A stretch of DNA of 64,000 nucleotides from an uncultured Planctomycetales bacterium (GCA_964595465.1 CAZQQI010000001.1:4952-68951), one strand, 5' to 3'; shown: positions 37,081-48,878, counted from the stretch's first letter. Program-made: numbers and translations. The notes: generated by a model not told the origin, from the sequence alone.

Positions 37081-37620
37081 TTACTTTGTAACAGATTTCC
37101 CTTGTTTTCTCTTCACTGTTTCGCCGGCATAACGGATGCCTTTCCCTTTATACGGCTCGGGCGGCTTAATATCACGGATCTTAGCCGCAACCTGCCCGAC
37201 GGATGCCTTGTCGATCCCTTCGATCGATATCTCGGTCTGGCTGGGGACAGCTACCTGCACGTTTTCCGGGACATCAAACTCAACCGGATGACTTAACCCC
37301 AAGTTAAACACCACCTTCTTCCCCTGAAGCTGAGCGCGGTATCCCACACCCTGGATCTCCAAATTCTTTTTATGCCCCTCGGTAATACCTTTCAAAATAT
37401 TCTGCAGATTCGCGCGGACCGTGCCATGATTAGCCCGGTTCTGCTTGGCATCCGAAAGACGTGAAATGACCAGAGAATTCTCGTCCTGCTTCACCTCAAT
37501 GCCGTGCGGCACAGACAATTCCAACGTGCCTTTAGGCCCTTCAGCCTTGACCATGGAGTTGGCAATCGTCACCTTAACGTCCTTGGGGATACCGACCGGA
37601 ATTTTTCCTATTCTTGACAT
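37081..37620 (-). CDS. rplF: 50S ribosomal protein L6
   Basis: L6 signature ([12 protein letters not shown]). Confidence 0.95.
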   Translation of the reverse strand: MSRIGKIPVGIPKDVKVTIANSMVKAEGPKGTLELSVPHGIEVKQDENSLVISRLSDAKQNRANHGTVRANLQNILKGITEGHKKNLEIQGVGYRAQLQGKKVVFNLGLSHPVEFDVPENVQVAVPSQTEISIEGIDKASVGQVAAKIRDIKPPEPYKGKGIRYAGETVKRKQGKSVTK

Positions 37621-37632
37621 AATCTCTTTTCC

Positions 37633-38028
37633 TTACCAAATATGACAGACAACCTCACCGCCGGTCCGCATCTTTCGAGCATCACGGTCGGCAAGAACGC
37701 CTTTTGAAGTTGAAATGACCGCGGTTCCCAGTCCATTGAGAACGCGGGGAACTTTTTTCCCGGAAGCATACACCCTCAGCCCGGGTTTGGAAATCCGTTT
37801 CAAACCGATGATCGCCGGATTTTTGCCGTTGTATTTTAAATACACCCGGTATGTTCCCTGAACATTGTTTTTCAGGAGGCGGAAATCTTCAACATATCCG
37901 TCCGCCTTAAAAATTTCCAGAATACGCCCGACCGATTTGGAAGCCGGAATGTCCACAGTCTCCTTTCGGACCTGCTGGGCGTTACGGATATTTGTCAGCA
38001 TATTCGCAATGGGATCATTTAATGACAT
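37633..38028 (-). CDS. rpsH: 30S ribosomal protein S8
   Basis: S8 signature (MSLNDPIANMLTNIRNA). Confidence 0.95.
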   Translation of the reverse strand: MSLNDPIANMLTNIRNAQQVRKETVDIPASKSVGRILEIFKADGYVEDFRLLKNNVQGTYRVYLKYNGKNPAIIGLKRISKPGLRVYASGKKVPRVLNGLGTAVISTSKGVLADRDARKMRTGGEVVCHIW

Positions 38029-38052
38029 CGTTTGTCCTCTTACTTAACGTTT

Positions 38053-38238
38053 TTACCAGCTGGCCTTTTTCACTCCGGGGATCTCACCCTTCCACGCCAG
38101 TTCACGGAAACAGATCCGGCATAATCCGAAGCGGCGCAGGTACCCCTTAGGGCGGCCGCACAGCTGACAGCGGTTATGCTGCCGCACGGAAAATTTCGGT
38201 GTTTTATTCGCTTTATTGATCATTGCTTTACGTGCCAT
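38053..38238 (-). CDS. rpsZ: 30S ribosomal protein S14 type Z (zinc-binding)
   Basis: 61 aa; CxxC...CxxC. Confidence 0.9.
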   Translation of the reverse strand: MARKAMINKANKTPKFSVRQHNRCQLCGRPKGYLRRFGLCRICFRELAWKGEIPGVKKASW

Positions 38239-38243
38239 AGAAG

Positions 38244-38828
38244 CTACTCTTCCTTCTTTTGCTCTTTACGGAACGGCATCCCGAACTGGCTCAGCAGTTC
38301 CATCGTAGACTCTTTCGGACCCCGGTTAAATACAAACGTGATATCCATACCCTGCGCCCGCTGGATCTGCCCGCTTTCGATCTCCGGAAAGATGGCCTGG
38401 TCCGATATCCCGATGGAATAATTGCCGAAACGGTCGAAGGCTTTGCGCGATACCCCGCGAAAGTCGCGGATACGCGGCAGACAGACATTGATAAAACGGT
38501 CCAGAAATTCGTACATCTTAGCGCGCCGCAGGGTCACTTTGCACCCAACCGGCAGCCCCTTGCGGAGTTTGAAATTCGAAATCGCCACGCGGGACCGGCG
38601 CACAGACGGTTTTTGACCCGTGATCTTTTCCATGTCGCTGCTCGCCGATTCCAGCAGCTTAATATCCTGTATCGCTTCCCCCACCCCCATATTCACGACG
38701 ATCTTCTTAAGCCGCGGTACAGCCATCGGATTTGTGATCTTAAACTTTTCCTGCAGAGAGGGGACGACCTCCTGGAAATATTTTTCCTGCATCCGGGGAA
38801 TCGGTTTTTTATCGACTGCTTTTTCCAT
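38244..38828 (-). CDS. rplE: 50S ribosomal protein L5
   Basis: L5 signature. Confidence 0.95.
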   Translation of the reverse strand: MEKAVDKKPIPRMQEKYFQEVVPSLQEKFKITNPMAVPRLKKIVVNMGVGEAIQDIKLLESASSDMEKITGQKPSVRRSRVAISNFKLRKGLPVGCKVTLRRAKMYEFLDRFINVCLPRIRDFRGVSRKAFDRFGNYSIGISDQAIFPEIESGQIQRAQGMDITFVFNRGPKESTMELLSQFGMPFRKEQKKEE

Positions 38829-39139
38829 TAAAGAACCTCACCGCTTTTTTTACTGACTCTCACTTTGGAGCCGTCTTTTAAAATCTTGGTGCCGGCACGT
38901 GTCGGGGTGCCGCTCTTTTTATCAATCAGCATCACATTAGAAATATGCATCGGCATCTCCAGCTCAACAAAACCGCCTTCCTGATCCTGCTGGGTGCGCC
39001 GGCGGGATTTCTTGGCCATGTTGATTTTCTCAACCAGAACACGGTCTTCTGCGGGAAAAACTTTCAGCACCGTACCGGTCTTTCCTTTATCTTTTCCGGC
39101 GATGATCTTCACTTTATCATTTTTTTTGATCCGTAACAT
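38828..39139 (-). CDS. rplX: 50S ribosomal protein L24
   Basis: KOW motif protein. ATG at 39139 with a GAGG SD; the upstream TTG has no SD. Confidence 0.9.
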   Translation of the reverse strand: MLRIKKNDKVKIIAGKDKGKTGTVLKVFPAEDRVLVEKINMAKKSRRRTQQDQEGGFVELEMPMHISNVMLIDKKSGTPTRAGTKILKDGSKVRVSKKSGEVL

Positions 39140-39140
39140 C

Positions 39141-39509
39141 TTAAACAACCTCAGGGGCTAATGAAATAATTTTCATGTAATCCAAGTTTCTCAATTCCCT
39201 GGCCACCGGCCCGAAAACGCGGGTGCCGCGGGGATTGCCGTTATCATCAATGACCACGATCGCGTTGCTGTCAAACCGCACCGCTGTTCCATCTGCCCGC
39301 TTGATCGGAAATATCTGACGGACCACAACACCCTTGATTAGTGTTCCTTTTTTAATCGGAGAGTCCGGCGCGGCCTCTTTGACGTTAGCGCGGACAACAT
39401 CACCGACCTGGGCCCATTTGCGCCCTTTACTATTCAGGACACCGATCACCGACGCCTTGCGGACACCAGAATTATCAGCCACATTTAATAATGATTTCAT
39501 ATACAGCAT
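39141..39509 (-). CDS. rplN: 50S ribosomal protein L14
   Basis: L14 signature. Confidence 0.95.
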   Translation of the reverse strand: MLYMKSLLNVADNSGVRKASVIGVLNSKGRKWAQVGDVVRANVKEAAPDSPIKKGTLIKGVVVRQIFPIKRADGTAVRFDSNAIVVIDDNGNPRGTRVFGPVARELRNLDYMKIISLAPEVV

Positions 39510-39520
39510 GCTGTCCCGCC

Positions 39521-39778
39521 TTATGATTGGTTCACCACGTCCATGATCACCCAGCGCTTGTCTTTGGACAGGCGGCGGGTTTCCATAATTTTTACCCGGT
39601 CACCCACGCGGGTTTTATTTTCCTCATCATGGGCTTTAAATTTTTTCGCGCTGCGCACCGTTTTATGATACTTCTCATGTTTGGAAATATTGAGTACCTG
39701 CACCACGCGGGTCTTGCTCATTTTGTCAGAGACAACGGTCCCGGTCAGCGTTCTGCGTAGATTTTCACGATTTGACAT
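39521..39778 (-). CDS. rpsQ: 30S ribosomal protein S17
   Basis: S17 signature; start chosen at MSNRENLRR to avoid overlap with rpmC. Confidence 0.9.
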   Translation of the reverse strand: MSNRENLRRTLTGTVVSDKMSKTRVVQVLNISKHEKYHKTVRSAKKFKAHDEENKTRVGDRVKIMETRRLSKDKRWVIMDVVNQS

Positions 39779-39971
39779 CTTTTTTCGCTCTCTCATTCAG
39801 GATCGTTAATATGCGTGCTATATCCTTGCGCAGTTTTTTGAACAAAGCCGGCTTTTCCACCCGCCCGATCTTGCGCTGATAATTCAAATCGAAAAGCTCT
39901 TTTTTCAGACCCTTTTCTTTCTGAATCAAATCATCCGTACTTAATGCTGTCAGTTCCTGCATCTTCATCAT
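39765..39971 (-). CDS. rpmC: 50S ribosomal protein L29
   Basis: L29 signature; start at MMKMQ (39971) or MKMQ (39968). Confidence 0.85.
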   Translation of the reverse strand: MMKMQELTALSTDDLIQKEKGLKKELFDLNYQRKIGRVEKPALFKKLRKDIARILTILNERAKKDVKS

Positions 39972-39984
39972 CTTTCCTCGTGTA

Positions 39985-40401
39985 TTATTGCGTTTCCCGC
40001 GTGACAAACCTTGTTTTAAAAGGCAGTTTGAATGCGACCAGGCGGAAAATCAATTTAGCAAAATCTTCCGGAATCCCTCCGAGTTCTAAGACGATCTTTC
40101 CCCGTTTGACCGGGCAAACCCAATGCGACAGATCACCCTTTCCCTTACCCATGCGTGTTTCGGCAGGCTTTTTGGTGATCGGTTTGCGCGGAAAGACCTT
40201 GATCCACAATTTTCCAGCACCTTTCATCTTGCGTGCAACTGTCAGACGAGAAGCCTCCATATGGTTGGAGCTCATCATCCCGTTCTCCAGAGCCTTGAGA
40301 CCGTATTCTCCAAAGGTCAGTTTACTGCCGCGTGTGGCAATCCCGCGGTTCTTTCCCTTTTGGGCCTTGCGAAATTTGACTTTTCTAGGCATTAACAACA
40401 T
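39985..40401 (-). CDS. rplP: 50S ribosomal protein L16
   Basis: L16 signature. Confidence 0.95.
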   Translation of the reverse strand: MLLMPRKVKFRKAQKGKNRGIATRGSKLTFGEYGLKALENGMMSSNHMEASRLTVARKMKGAGKLWIKVFPRKPITKKPAETRMGKGKGDLSHWVCPVKRGKIVLELGGIPEDFAKLIFRLVAFKLPFKTRFVTRETQ

Positions 40402-40419
40402 AATATCTCTCCTCGAGTC

Positions 40420-41088
40420 TTACGCTTTGCTCTTCTGCGACTGCGGCTGCTTCTTCTTTTTAGGAATCACTTCTCCGTGATAGATCCAGGCCTTGACGCC
40501 GATCACGCCGTACGTCGTACGGGCTTCAGTAAACCCGTAATCCACATCCGCCCGCAACGTCTGCAGAGGCAAAGCGCCTTCATGATAACTTTCACGGCGG
40601 GCGATTTCAGCACCGCCCAAACGTCCAGCCACGGCTATTTTAATCCCCTTGACCCCGGACTGTATAGACTGATCAATCGCTCTCTTAACCGCGCGGCGGA
40701 AGGAAACCCGCTTTTCCAGCTGGAACGCGACATTCTGGGCCACCAGCTGAGCGTCCAGGGCCGGATTTTTGATCTCGATAATATCAATAGAAAGATCACG
40801 CGTCGTGATCTTGCCTAATTGAGATCTCAGACGGTCAATATCCGCTCCCCGGCGTCCGATAATCACACCAGGACGGGCTGAAGCGATCTTAATCTTGATC
40901 TGATCCCCCATGCGCTCAATATTAATATAAGAAACCGCGGCATGACCATAATTTTTGCGGATATACTGCCGGATCTTATAATCCTGATGAATATTTTTGG
41001 CGTAATCTTTGGGGTCGGCATACCAGACACTGCGCCAGTCTTTATTGATTCCTACGCGTAGAATATATGGATGAACTTTCTGTCCCAC
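40420..41088 (-). CDS. rpsC: 30S ribosomal protein S3
   Basis: KH domain and S3 C-terminal domain. Confidence 0.95.
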   Translation of the reverse strand: MGQKVHPYILRVGINKDWRSVWYADPKDYAKNIHQDYKIRQYIRKNYGHAAVSYINIERMGDQIKIKIASARPGVIIGRRGADIDRLRSQLGKITTRDLSIDIIEIKNPALDAQLVAQNVAFQLEKRVSFRRAVKRAIDQSIQSGVKGIKIAVAGRLGGAEIARRESYHEGALPLQTLRADVDYGFTEARTTYGVIGVKAWIYHGEVIPKKKKQPQSQKSKA

Positions 41089-41099
41089 GTATGCAACTC

Positions 41100-41435
41100 C
41101 TATTTAGTAGCCAGATCCAATTCGATCGTTAAATGTGTGGTCCGCTTAATGATCCCTGTCGCGCGTCCAAAAGGGGCGGCACGGAACCGTTTCCAGCTGG
41201 GTCCCTGGTCAGCGCGGATCTTGGAAATCACCAGCTGATCCTCGTCGAGTCCTTTTTGTCGAGCATTACTCACCGCGGAATTCAGCACCTTGGTGATCAG
41301 CGGAGTACACCCTTTGCGTGTCTGCGAAAGAATCGCCAGGGATGTGGAAACCCCTTTGCCCCGGATCAGATCGATAACCGGCCTGACCTTGGTCGGGGAA
41401 ACGCGTACATATCGGGCTTTTGCTTGTGCAATCAT
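41100..41435 (-). CDS. rplV: 50S ribosomal protein L22
   Basis: L22 signature. Confidence 0.95.
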   Translation of the reverse strand: MIAQAKARYVRVSPTKVRPVIDLIRGKGVSTSLAILSQTRKGCTPLITKVLNSAVSNARQKGLDEDQLVISKIRADQGPSWKRFRAAPFGRATGIIKRTTHLTIELDLATK

Positions 41436-41466
41436 CTCTTTGCCTCAAATTCTGCTGTTAAATCCG

Positions 41467-41754
41467 TTAAGTCTTTTGCGGAACTTTCTTCGCCTTGACC
41501 CCGCCGTGTGTACGAAAGGTCCGTGTCGGCGCGAAATCTCCGAATTTGTAACCGACCATGTTTTCCGTAATATAAATCGGAAGATGTTTGCGTCCGTCAT
41601 GGACAGATACCGTATAGCCGACGAATTCCGGCGTAATGGTTGAACGGCGAGACCAGGTCTTGATCGGTTCTTTTCGTCCGCCCTGTTCCATGCGCTGCAG
41701 CTTTTTCAGCAGCGATTCATCGACAAACGGCCCTTTTTTAATTGATCTGGGCAT
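41467..41754 (-). CDS. rpsS: 30S ribosomal protein S19
   Basis: S19 signature. Confidence 0.95.
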   Translation of the reverse strand: MPRSIKKGPFVDESLLKKLQRMEQGGRKEPIKTWSRRSTITPEFVGYTVSVHDGRKHLPIYITENMVGYKFGDFAPTRTFRTHGGVKAKKVPQKT

Positions 41755-41755
41755 A

Positions 41756-42592
41756 TTACTTTGTCCTTCGCTTTACAATGTATTTATCAGAATATTTTCT
41801 GCGTTTGCGGGTTTTCAGACCCTTGGTCGCCTTGCCCCACGGGGTTACCGGATGCGGGTTCCCCTGCGGCGCTTTTCCTTCACCGCCTCCATGAGGATGA
41901 TCCACCGGGTTCATCGCCACACCACGGACATGTCCGCGGCGTCCCAGCCAGCGGGATCTCCCGGCCTTACCTAAAGATTTTGTTTCATGTTCCACATTTC
42001 CCATCTGCCCGATGGTCGCGCGGCAGCGGATCGGAACCCGCCGGACCTCGCTCGAGGGCATGCGCAGCAGCGCGAATCCGCCTTCTTTAGCCATCAGCTG
42101 AGCCGACGTCCCTGCCGAACGGGCCAGCTGTCCGCCCTTGCCGGGCTGAAGTTCAATATTATGAACCGCGGTGCCCAAGGGGACCTTGCTCAGAGGCATA
42201 CAATTCCCGACGCTGATATCAATATCCTTGTCCACCGTGCTGTAAATGACATCTCCGACCTTGATCTCCAATGGGGCCAGGATATACGCCTTTTGTTCAT
42301 CAGGATACTGGATCAAGGCAATACGCGCAGAACGATTGGGATCATATTCGATCGCCGTAACAGTCGCCGGTTCGTCCAGACGCACGCGCTTGAAGTCAAC
42401 CAGGCGGTACATCCTCTTATGCCCCCCGCCCCGATAGCGGCTGGTGATCCGTCCGTTGGCGTTACGTCCGCCGGTTTTTTTGAGCGGGCGAACCAGAGAC
42501 TTTTCCGGCTTCTTCTTGGTGATCTCAGAGAAATCCGAGATAACCGTATGCCGTAATGAACTTGTTGTTGGTCTGAATCGTTTTAAACCCAC
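41756..42592 (-). CDS. rplB: 50S ribosomal protein L2
   Basis: L2 signature. Confidence 0.95.
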   Translation of the reverse strand: MGLKRFRPTTSSLRHTVISDFSEITKKKPEKSLVRPLKKTGGRNANGRITSRYRGGGHKRMYRLVDFKRVRLDEPATVTAIEYDPNRSARIALIQYPDEQKAYILAPLEIKVGDVIYSTVDKDIDISVGNCMPLSKVPLGTAVHNIELQPGKGGQLARSAGTSAQLMAKEGGFALLRMPSSEVRRVPIRCRATIGQMGNVEHETKSLGKAGRSRWLGRRGHVRGVAMNPVDHPHGGGEGKAPQGNPHPVTPWGKATKGLKTRKRRKYSDKYIVKRRTK

Positions 42593-42611
42593 AATAATAC
42601 CTCGAGTATTT

Positions 42612-42899
42612 TTAGGTCACATTAATGCTGTGACCCTCTTTCAGGGTCACAATAGCTTTCTTCCATGGCGTGGTATGACCATATTCCCGGCGCACACGTT
42701 TCCGTTTCCCGGGCATGGTGATCATATTGACCGCAGAAACCTTGACACCGTAGATCTCCTCCACGGCCTTTTTGATCTCGATCTTGTTAGCGCGCGGTTT
42801 GGCCTCAAAAACATATTTTCTATCTGCTTCCAGGTCAGCGCTTTTTTCGGTACGGATCAAAGTTCGGATAATATCGTAACTGGTAATCATAATGTTCAC
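42612..42899 (-). CDS. rplW: 50S ribosomal protein L23
   Basis: L23 signature. Confidence 0.9.
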   Translation of the reverse strand: MNIMITSYDIIRTLIRTEKSADLEADRKYVFEAKPRANKIEIKKAVEEIYGVKVSAVNMITMPGKRKRVRREYGHTTPWKKAIVTLKEGHSINVT

Positions 42900-43522
42900 T
42901 TACTGTTAATGCGGTCCATGACCGTTTTAAAGGCTGTTTGGGTTAAAAGGACATACTTATTGCGTATCAGATCATAGGCTGTCACATCTTCCGCCCGAAT
43001 TATCTCAAAACGCGGGATATTGCGTCCAGCCAGCTTGATGCTTTCATCGCACCCTTCTAACAAAGCCAGCGTCTTTCCGTTCAAGTTCAATGTCTTAAGG
43101 ATACCCGCGACCTCGCGTGTTTTTTTGAACTCATCTTTCAGTTCCTCAATGAACACGACCTGACCGCCCTGTACTTTGGCATTCAGACTTTCCCGCAACG
43201 CGGCCCGGCGCATCTTTTTCGGCAAAGAATATCCAAAATCCCGCGGACGCGGACCAAATACCACACCGCCTCCGATAAACTGCGGCGCGCGGATCGAACC
43301 CTGACGGGCACGTCCGGTCCCCTTCTGGCGGTAAGGCTTTCTTCCTCCGCCGCGCACATCAGCGCGCTCTTTGGTCGATGCTGTTCCCTGACGCTGGTTA
43401 GCGCGGTACATCAGCATCGCCTGATGAATGATATCAGACTTGATCCGTTTGCCGAAAATATCATCGGACAGATCAATCTGGTCAGTTTCTTTCCCTTTTT
43501 TATCGAGTACAGGCAATTTCAT
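42896..43522 (-). CDS. rplD: 50S ribosomal protein L4
   Basis: L4 signature. Confidence 0.95.
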   Translation of the reverse strand: MKLPVLDKKGKETDQIDLSDDIFGKRIKSDIIHQAMLMYRANQRQGTASTKERADVRGGGRKPYRQKGTGRARQGSIRAPQFIGGGVVFGPRPRDFGYSLPKKMRRAALRESLNAKVQGGQVVFIEELKDEFKKTREVAGILKTLNLNGKTLALLEGCDESIKLAGRNIPRFEIIRAEDVTAYDLIRNKYVLLTQTAFKTVMDRINSK

Positions 43523-43527
43523 AATGA

Positions 43528-44235
43528 CTACTTACCTTTCGCCTTGGACTTACTCTGCTTCATCGGATTACGCGCCTTAGCCACATTGGCCGGTTTGTCA
43601 TCCAGAGAACGATAGGCTTTTTTCTTTGATCGGTTAATTTCCACCAGACAGTTTTTCGGCCCCGGAACCGCGCCCTTGATCAGCAGCAGATGATTTTCCG
43701 CATCAACTTCCATAACCCGCAGGCTCTGCGTGGTCGTGCGGTTATTCCCCATCTGGCCGGGCAAATGGATCCCTTTCATAGTGCGTGACGGCGTCGCGCA
43801 GGCGCCGATAGCCCCGACACGGCGGTGATGCATGGATCCGTGTCCGCCGGGACCTCCGGACCAGCCCCAACGCTTCATCCCGCCCTGAAATCCTTTTCCC
43901 TTGGACACCGCAGAAACATCCACGAAATCACCGGCCTTAAAAATATCCGCCTGAACAGCCTTGCCGACCTCATACTCGCTGTTATCCTGCGATTCAAATT
44001 CACGGATATAACGGTGAGGCGCAACACCGGCTTTTTTAAAATAGCCCTTTTGCGGATTTTTCACGCGCTGCTCTTTAATTGGTTGAAAAGCCAGTGTCAC
44101 CTTGAGCTTGGGATCATCCTTAAGCTCGAGGATCGGACACGGACCAGCTTCAACAACCGTGACCGGGATCACATTCCCGTCCTTGTCAAAGACCTGCGTC
44201 ATGCCTAATTTTTTACCCAAAAGACCTCTAATCAT
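43528..44235 (-). CDS. rplC: 50S ribosomal protein L3
   Basis: L3 signature. Confidence 0.95.
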   Translation of the reverse strand: MIRGLLGKKLGMTQVFDKDGNVIPVTVVEAGPCPILELKDDPKLKVTLAFQPIKEQRVKNPQKGYFKKAGVAPHRYIREFESQDNSEYEVGKAVQADIFKAGDFVDVSAVSKGKGFQGGMKRWGWSGGPGGHGSMHHRRVGAIGACATPSRTMKGIHLPGQMGNNRTTTQSLRVMEVDAENHLLLIKGAVPGPKNCLVEINRSKKKAYRSLDDKPANVAKARNPMKQSKSKAKGK

Positions 44236-44269
44236 AATAGCATCTCACGTCGTTGCGCCGGAGCAGTGA

Positions 44270-44572
44270 TCATTGTTTGATTTCAACGTCCACACCCGCC
44301 GGCAAATTCAATTTGCGCATAGATTCCACAGTTTTGGCTGTCGGCTCGAGCAGATCGATCAGACGTTTATGAATGATCAGATGAAACTGCTCGCGGGACT
44401 TCTTGTTGACATGCGGTGAACGCAGGACCGTATACAACTCTTTTTTGGTCGGCAGCGGGATCGGGCCGGACACCTTGGCCCCGGTCCGCATTGCGGTTTC
44501 TACGATCTCCTGTGTCGACTGATCGATCAGCCGGTGGTCATAAGCTTTTAATTTGATACGTATTTTTTGCAT
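44270..44572 (-). CDS. rpsJ: 30S ribosomal protein S10
   Basis: S10 signature. Confidence 0.95.
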   Translation of the reverse strand: MQKIRIKLKAYDHRLIDQSTQEIVETAMRTGAKVSGPIPLPTKKELYTVLRSPHVNKKSREQFHLIIHKRLIDLLEPTAKTVESMRKLNLPAGVDVEIKQ

Positions 44573-44592
44573 AATTCTGCCATGTTTGGGAA

Positions 44593-44621
44593 CCCCGTCC
44601 TCCCCCGAAGGAAGGACGGGG
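44593..44621 (-). promoter_or_regulatory. GC-rich 12-bp stem / UUCG-loop hairpin in the tuf-rpsJ intergenic leader (possible S10-operon leader or processing/attenuator structure)
   Basis: Minus-strand RNA CCCCGUCCUUCC-UUCG-GGGGAGGACGGGG folded by hand; not followed by a U-tract, so not a classic intrinsic terminator. Confidence 0.4.
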
Positions 44622-44680
44622 TCATATTAAAAACCTTTTAACATCATCACAGACCCTCGGCCTATGTTTTTTCCGGATAA

Positions 44681-45874
44681 TTATTCCAGGATCTCGGCAA
44701 CCACACCGGCCCCGACAGTCCGCCCGCCTTCACGGATCGCGAAACGCAGTTCTTTCTCCATAGCGACCGGAGTGATCAATTCAACCGTCAGCTCAACATT
44801 ATCGCCGGGCATGCACATCTCTGTGCCTTCCGGCAGTTCGGCTGTCCCGGTCACATCAGTCGTGCGGAAATAAAACTGCGGACGATACCCCTTAAAGAAC
44901 GGAGTATGCCGTCCGCCTTCTTCTTTCGTCAGGACGTAAACTGAGGTTTTGAATTTTTTATGAGGTGTGATCGAGCCCTTGGCGGCTAAAACCTGACCGC
45001 GTTCGATCGAGTCCTTATCCACACCGCGCAGCAGCAGACCGACATTGTCCCCGGCCTGTCCTTCGTCCAGTTCTTTGCGGAACATCTCAACACCGGTGAC
45101 AACCGTCTGGCTGATATCTTCCTTCATCCCGACAATGTCGACTTCCTGACCAACCTTGATCTTTCCGCGTTCGATACGGCCGGTGGCCACGGTGCCGCGT
45201 CCGGAGATCGAAAAAACATCTTCGACCGCCATCAGAAACGGCTTATCCAGTTCGCGTTCCGGTTCCGGGATCCACTCATCAACCGCGTCCATCAATTCAA
45301 TGATCGGCTTGGTTTTCTCTTCATCGGTCGGATTGTTCAGCGATTCCAGAGCGCTCCCCTTAATGATCGGAGTATTGTCGCCGTCATAGTCATATTTGCT
45401 AAGCATTTCACGCAGTTCCATCTCAACCAGTTCCAGCAATTCCGGGTCATCAACCTGGTCGCACTTGTTCATAAAGACCACCAGACGGGGAACATTCACC
45501 TGACGCGCAAGCAGGATATGCTCACGGGTTTGAGGCATGGCCCCGTCTGCAGCAGAAACAACCAGAATCGCGCCGTCCATCTGCGCAGCCCCGGTAATCA
45601 TGTTCTTAATATAGTCTGCGTGACCCGGGCAATCGATATGGGCATAATGGCGCTTGTCCGTCTGATACTCGAGGTGAGCAATATTGATCGTCACGCCGCG
45701 TTCACGCTCCTCCGGCGCGTTATCGATAGAATCATAGGAACGCAGCTCACTCAAACCCTTTCCTGACAGGATCGTCGTTATGGCCGCACTCAGGGTAGTT
45801 TTCCCGTGGTCAACGTGACCGATTGTTCCGACGTTCAAGTGAGGTTTACTTCTGACAAACTTTTCTTTAGCCAT
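44681..45874 (-). CDS. tuf: elongation factor Tu
   Basis: 397 aa, GHVDHGKTT, full-length EF-Tu. Confidence 0.97.
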   Translation of the reverse strand: MAKEKFVRSKPHLNVGTIGHVDHGKTTLSAAITTILSGKGLSELRSYDSIDNAPEERERGVTINIAHLEYQTDKRHYAHIDCPGHADYIKNMITGAAQMDGAILVVSAADGAMPQTREHILLARQVNVPRLVVFMNKCDQVDDPELLELVEMELREMLSKYDYDGDNTPIIKGSALESLNNPTDEEKTKPIIELMDAVDEWIPEPERELDKPFLMAVEDVFSISGRGTVATGRIERGKIKVGQEVDIVGMKEDISQTVVTGVEMFRKELDEGQAGDNVGLLLRGVDKDSIERGQVLAAKGSITPHKKFKTSVYVLTKEEGGRHTPFFKGYRPQFYFRTTDVTGTAELPEGTEMCMPGDNVELTVELITPVAMEKELRFAIREGGRTVGAGVVAEILE

Positions 45875-45916
45875 AACTCCCCTCCTTCTTATCTTGAGAT
45901 TTTGTTTCTGTGTGTT

Positions 45917-48010
45917 TTATTTCTTTCCCGCTTCACGCTCGCCGCGGATCTGGTCCCCGATATATTGAGGGACTTCACCGTAGTATGCCGGCTCCATGGA
46001 AAATGAGGCGCGGCCCTGGGTCAAAGAACGCAAGGCATTGGCGTAATTAAACATCTCAGCCAAAGGGACCTCGACCCGCGCAGTCTTGAGTTTTCCGCGG
46101 TCACCCAGCTCAACGATCTTGGCGCGGCGGGTGTTCAAGTCTCCAATCACCGAACCCATAAATTCTTCCGGAACAGCGACCTCCAGGTTCATGATCGGCT
46201 CAAGAAAAACCGGTCCGCCGCGTTTCATGCCTTCCTGAAACGCGATCCGTCCAGCCATCTGGAAAGCCAGCTCGCTGGAGTCAACCTCATGGTAGGAGCC
46301 GTCATTCAGCGTTACCGTAAAATCCGTAACCGGATAGCCGGCCAAAATCCCGGTCTGAGCGGCATTGCGGATCCCTTTCTCAACGGCAGGAATATATTCC
46401 CGCGGGATATTCCCGCCCTTAATTTTGTTAACGAATACGATTCCCTTGCCGCGCTCTTCATTGGGCTCTATGCTTACTTCGCAATGGCCGTACTGCCCGC
46501 GCCCGCCGGTCTGGGAAATAAATTTTCCGACGATCTTGTCAACTTTTTTGGTGATCGCTTCGCGGTAGGCAACCTGCGGCCGTCCGATATTACACTCCAA
46601 AGCGTGTTCGCGCTTCATGCGGTCAATAATGATCTCCAGATGGAGCTCTCCCATCCCGGACAGGATCGTCTGACCGGTCTGATCATCATACTGACAGGCC
46701 AATGATGGATCTTCATCAAGATACTTGCGGATGATCATACCCAGCTTGTCCTGGTCCGCCTTGGAATTGGGCTCCAGAGCCATAGACACGACCGGCTCAG
46801 GAATATCCATACTTTCCAGCGCGATCTTATGCTTTTCGTCGCAGATAGTATCCCCGGATTTAGTCTGTTTCAGACCGACAAGGGCCACGATCTCACCTGC
46901 TTCGACATGCTCGGCGATCTCCTGTTTGTTAGAACGCATGACCACAATTTTAGAGATACGCTCTTTTTTCTCCTGCGTGACATTATATACCGTGTCACCG
47001 GAGTCAAGACGTCCGGAATAAAACCGTGTATAAAATAATTTTCCCACGTAAGGATCAGAGGCCACCTTAAAAACCAGGCCGGCCAAAGGCTCTTTGGGAT
47101 CAGCCTTACGGGTCAACTTCTCTTCTTCATTATCAGGATTCATGCCTTGAACAGGCGGGACATCAAGGGGGGACGGAAGATATTGGGTAATTCCATCAAG
47201 TACCGGCTGGACTCCGCGGTTGCGCAGGGCCGTTCCGGTCATGACCGGGAGAAACGTGTTATTGATCACGCCTTTGCGTATCGCGTTCTGAATCTCTTCG
47301 ACCGTGATCTCTTTTTCTTCGAGAAATTTCTCCATAATGGTATCATCGGCCTCAGCCAGACGTTCGAGCATAATGTGCCGGTATTCCCTGGCCTTTTCAA
47401 CCATGTGTTCGGGGATCTCTTTGTGCTCGATCTTCATTCCGACCTCATCCGGCCAGTACATATAATCCATGGTGATCAGATCGACCAGTCCTTTAAAATC
47501 ATCTTCTCCGCCATCAGGAATCTGAACCGCCGCAGCATTACAGCCGAGCCGCTCATGGATCTCACCGAGAACACGGAAGAAGTCCGCGCCCAGACGGTCG
47601 ATCTTATTAATAAAGAAAAACCGCGGGACCTTGTAGCGGTCCGCCTGGCGCCAGACCGTTTCTGTTTGGGACTGCACACCGCTGGTCGCGCATAGAACAA
47701 CAACCGCTCCGTCTAAAACCTTTAAAGACCGTTCGACTTCGACCGTAAAGTCTACGTGACCGGGCGTATCGATGATATTGATCTTTTTGCCCTTCCAGTT
47801 GGTGGTCACATTCGCCGACGTAATGGTGATCCCGCGCTCCTGCTCCTGGGCCATCCAGTCCATGACCGCGTTACCCTGATCCACAGTTCCCATTTTATGG
47901 ATCATCCCGGTATAGAACAGGATCCTCTCGGTCGTGGTGGTTTTCCCCGCGTCGATATGCGCGATGATCCCGATATTTCTTACATCTTTTAAAGGTGTCT
48001 TACCTGCCAT
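45917..48010 (-). CDS. fusA: elongation factor G
   Basis: 697 aa, AHIDAGKTT, five EF-G domains. Confidence 0.97.
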   Translation of the reverse strand: MAGKTPLKDVRNIGIIAHIDAGKTTTTERILFYTGMIHKMGTVDQGNAVMDWMAQEQERGITITSANVTTNWKGKKINIIDTPGHVDFTVEVERSLKVLDGAVVVLCATSGVQSQTETVWRQADRYKVPRFFFINKIDRLGADFFRVLGEIHERLGCNAAAVQIPDGGEDDFKGLVDLITMDYMYWPDEVGMKIEHKEIPEHMVEKAREYRHIMLERLAEADDTIMEKFLEEKEITVEEIQNAIRKGVINNTFLPVMTGTALRNRGVQPVLDGITQYLPSPLDVPPVQGMNPDNEEEKLTRKADPKEPLAGLVFKVASDPYVGKLFYTRFYSGRLDSGDTVYNVTQEKKERISKIVVMRSNKQEIAEHVEAGEIVALVGLKQTKSGDTICDEKHKIALESMDIPEPVVSMALEPNSKADQDKLGMIIRKYLDEDPSLACQYDDQTGQTILSGMGELHLEIIIDRMKREHALECNIGRPQVAYREAITKKVDKIVGKFISQTGGRGQYGHCEVSIEPNEERGKGIVFVNKIKGGNIPREYIPAVEKGIRNAAQTGILAGYPVTDFTVTLNDGSYHEVDSSELAFQMAGRIAFQEGMKRGGPVFLEPIMNLEVAVPEEFMGSVIGDLNTRRAKIVELGDRGKLKTARVEVPLAEMFNYANALRSLTQGRASFSMEPAYYGEVPQYIGDQIRGEREAGKK

Positions 48011-48036
48011 GATATATCCTTATCCCGTTTAAATGC

Positions 48037-48507
48037 TTACCAGCGCAGATGCGCGAAGGCTTTATTGGCGTCAGCCATTTTATGAGTTTCGTCACGCTTT
48101 TTCACGGACGGACCTTCCTTATTATATGCGGCCAAAAGCTCTTCGGCTAACTTGACCTGCATGGGCTTACCCTTTTTCTTGCGGGCGAAATCTCTGATCC
48201 AGCGGATCGCAAGCGAATTCGCACGATTCGGCGTGACTTCCACCGGGACCTGATAGGTCGACCCCCCGACCCGCCGGGACTTCAATTCCAAACGGGGACG
48301 GGCATTTTCAATGGCCTTGTTGAAGACCTTGACCCCGTCTTCACCGGAAACGCGCTCGCCCAAAGTGTCGATCGCGCCGTAGACGATCTCCTCGGCCACG
48401 GTCTTTTTCCCCTCCTGCATGATCGCGTTGACAAACCGGGCGACCAGCTGGCTGTTATACTTCGGATCCCCGGAAAGGGTCCGTTTTTCTGCGCGTCTGC
48501 GTCTCAT
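48037..48507 (-). CDS. rpsG: 30S ribosomal protein S7
   Basis: S7 signature. Confidence 0.95.
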   Translation of the reverse strand: MRRRRAEKRTLSGDPKYNSQLVARFVNAIMQEGKKTVAEEIVYGAIDTLGERVSGEDGVKVFNKAIENARPRLELKSRRVGGSTYQVPVEVTPNRANSLAIRWIRDFARKKKGKPMQVKLAEELLAAYNKEGPSVKKRDETHKMADANKAFAHLRW

Positions 48508-48878
48508 GATTTTGCCTTCTTTGTACCGTACTTTGAGCGGGACTGATTGCGTTTATCAACCCCGGCCGTATCCAATGAACCGCGGACAATATGATACCGC
48601 ACACCCGGCAGGTCCTTCACACGGCCGCCGCGGACCAGCACGATCGAATGCTCCTGCAGGTTGTGGCCTTCTCCCGGAATGTAGGCCGTCACCTCATAAC
48701 GGTTGGAGAGCCTGACCCTGGCGATTTTACGAAGCGCCGAATTCGGCTTCTTCGGGGTCATTGTTTTGACCTGCAGACACACACCGCGCCGCTGCGGGCA
48801 TTCATTCAACGCCCGCGACTTGCTCTTTTTGTGCTTCAGTGTCCTGCTCTTGCGTATCAACTGCTGAATCGTCGGCAT
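48504..48878 (-). CDS. rpsL: 30S ribosomal protein S12
   Basis: [10 protein letters not shown]... full conserved S12. Start at 48878 lies 77 nt inside the rpoC reading frame. Confidence 0.95.
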   Translation of the reverse strand: MPTIQQLIRKSRTLKHKKSKSRALNECPQRRGVCLQVKTMTPKKPNSALRKIARVRLSNRYEVTAYIPGEGHNLQEHSIVLVRGGRVKDLPGVRYHIVRGSLDTAGVDKRNQSRSKYGTKKAKS

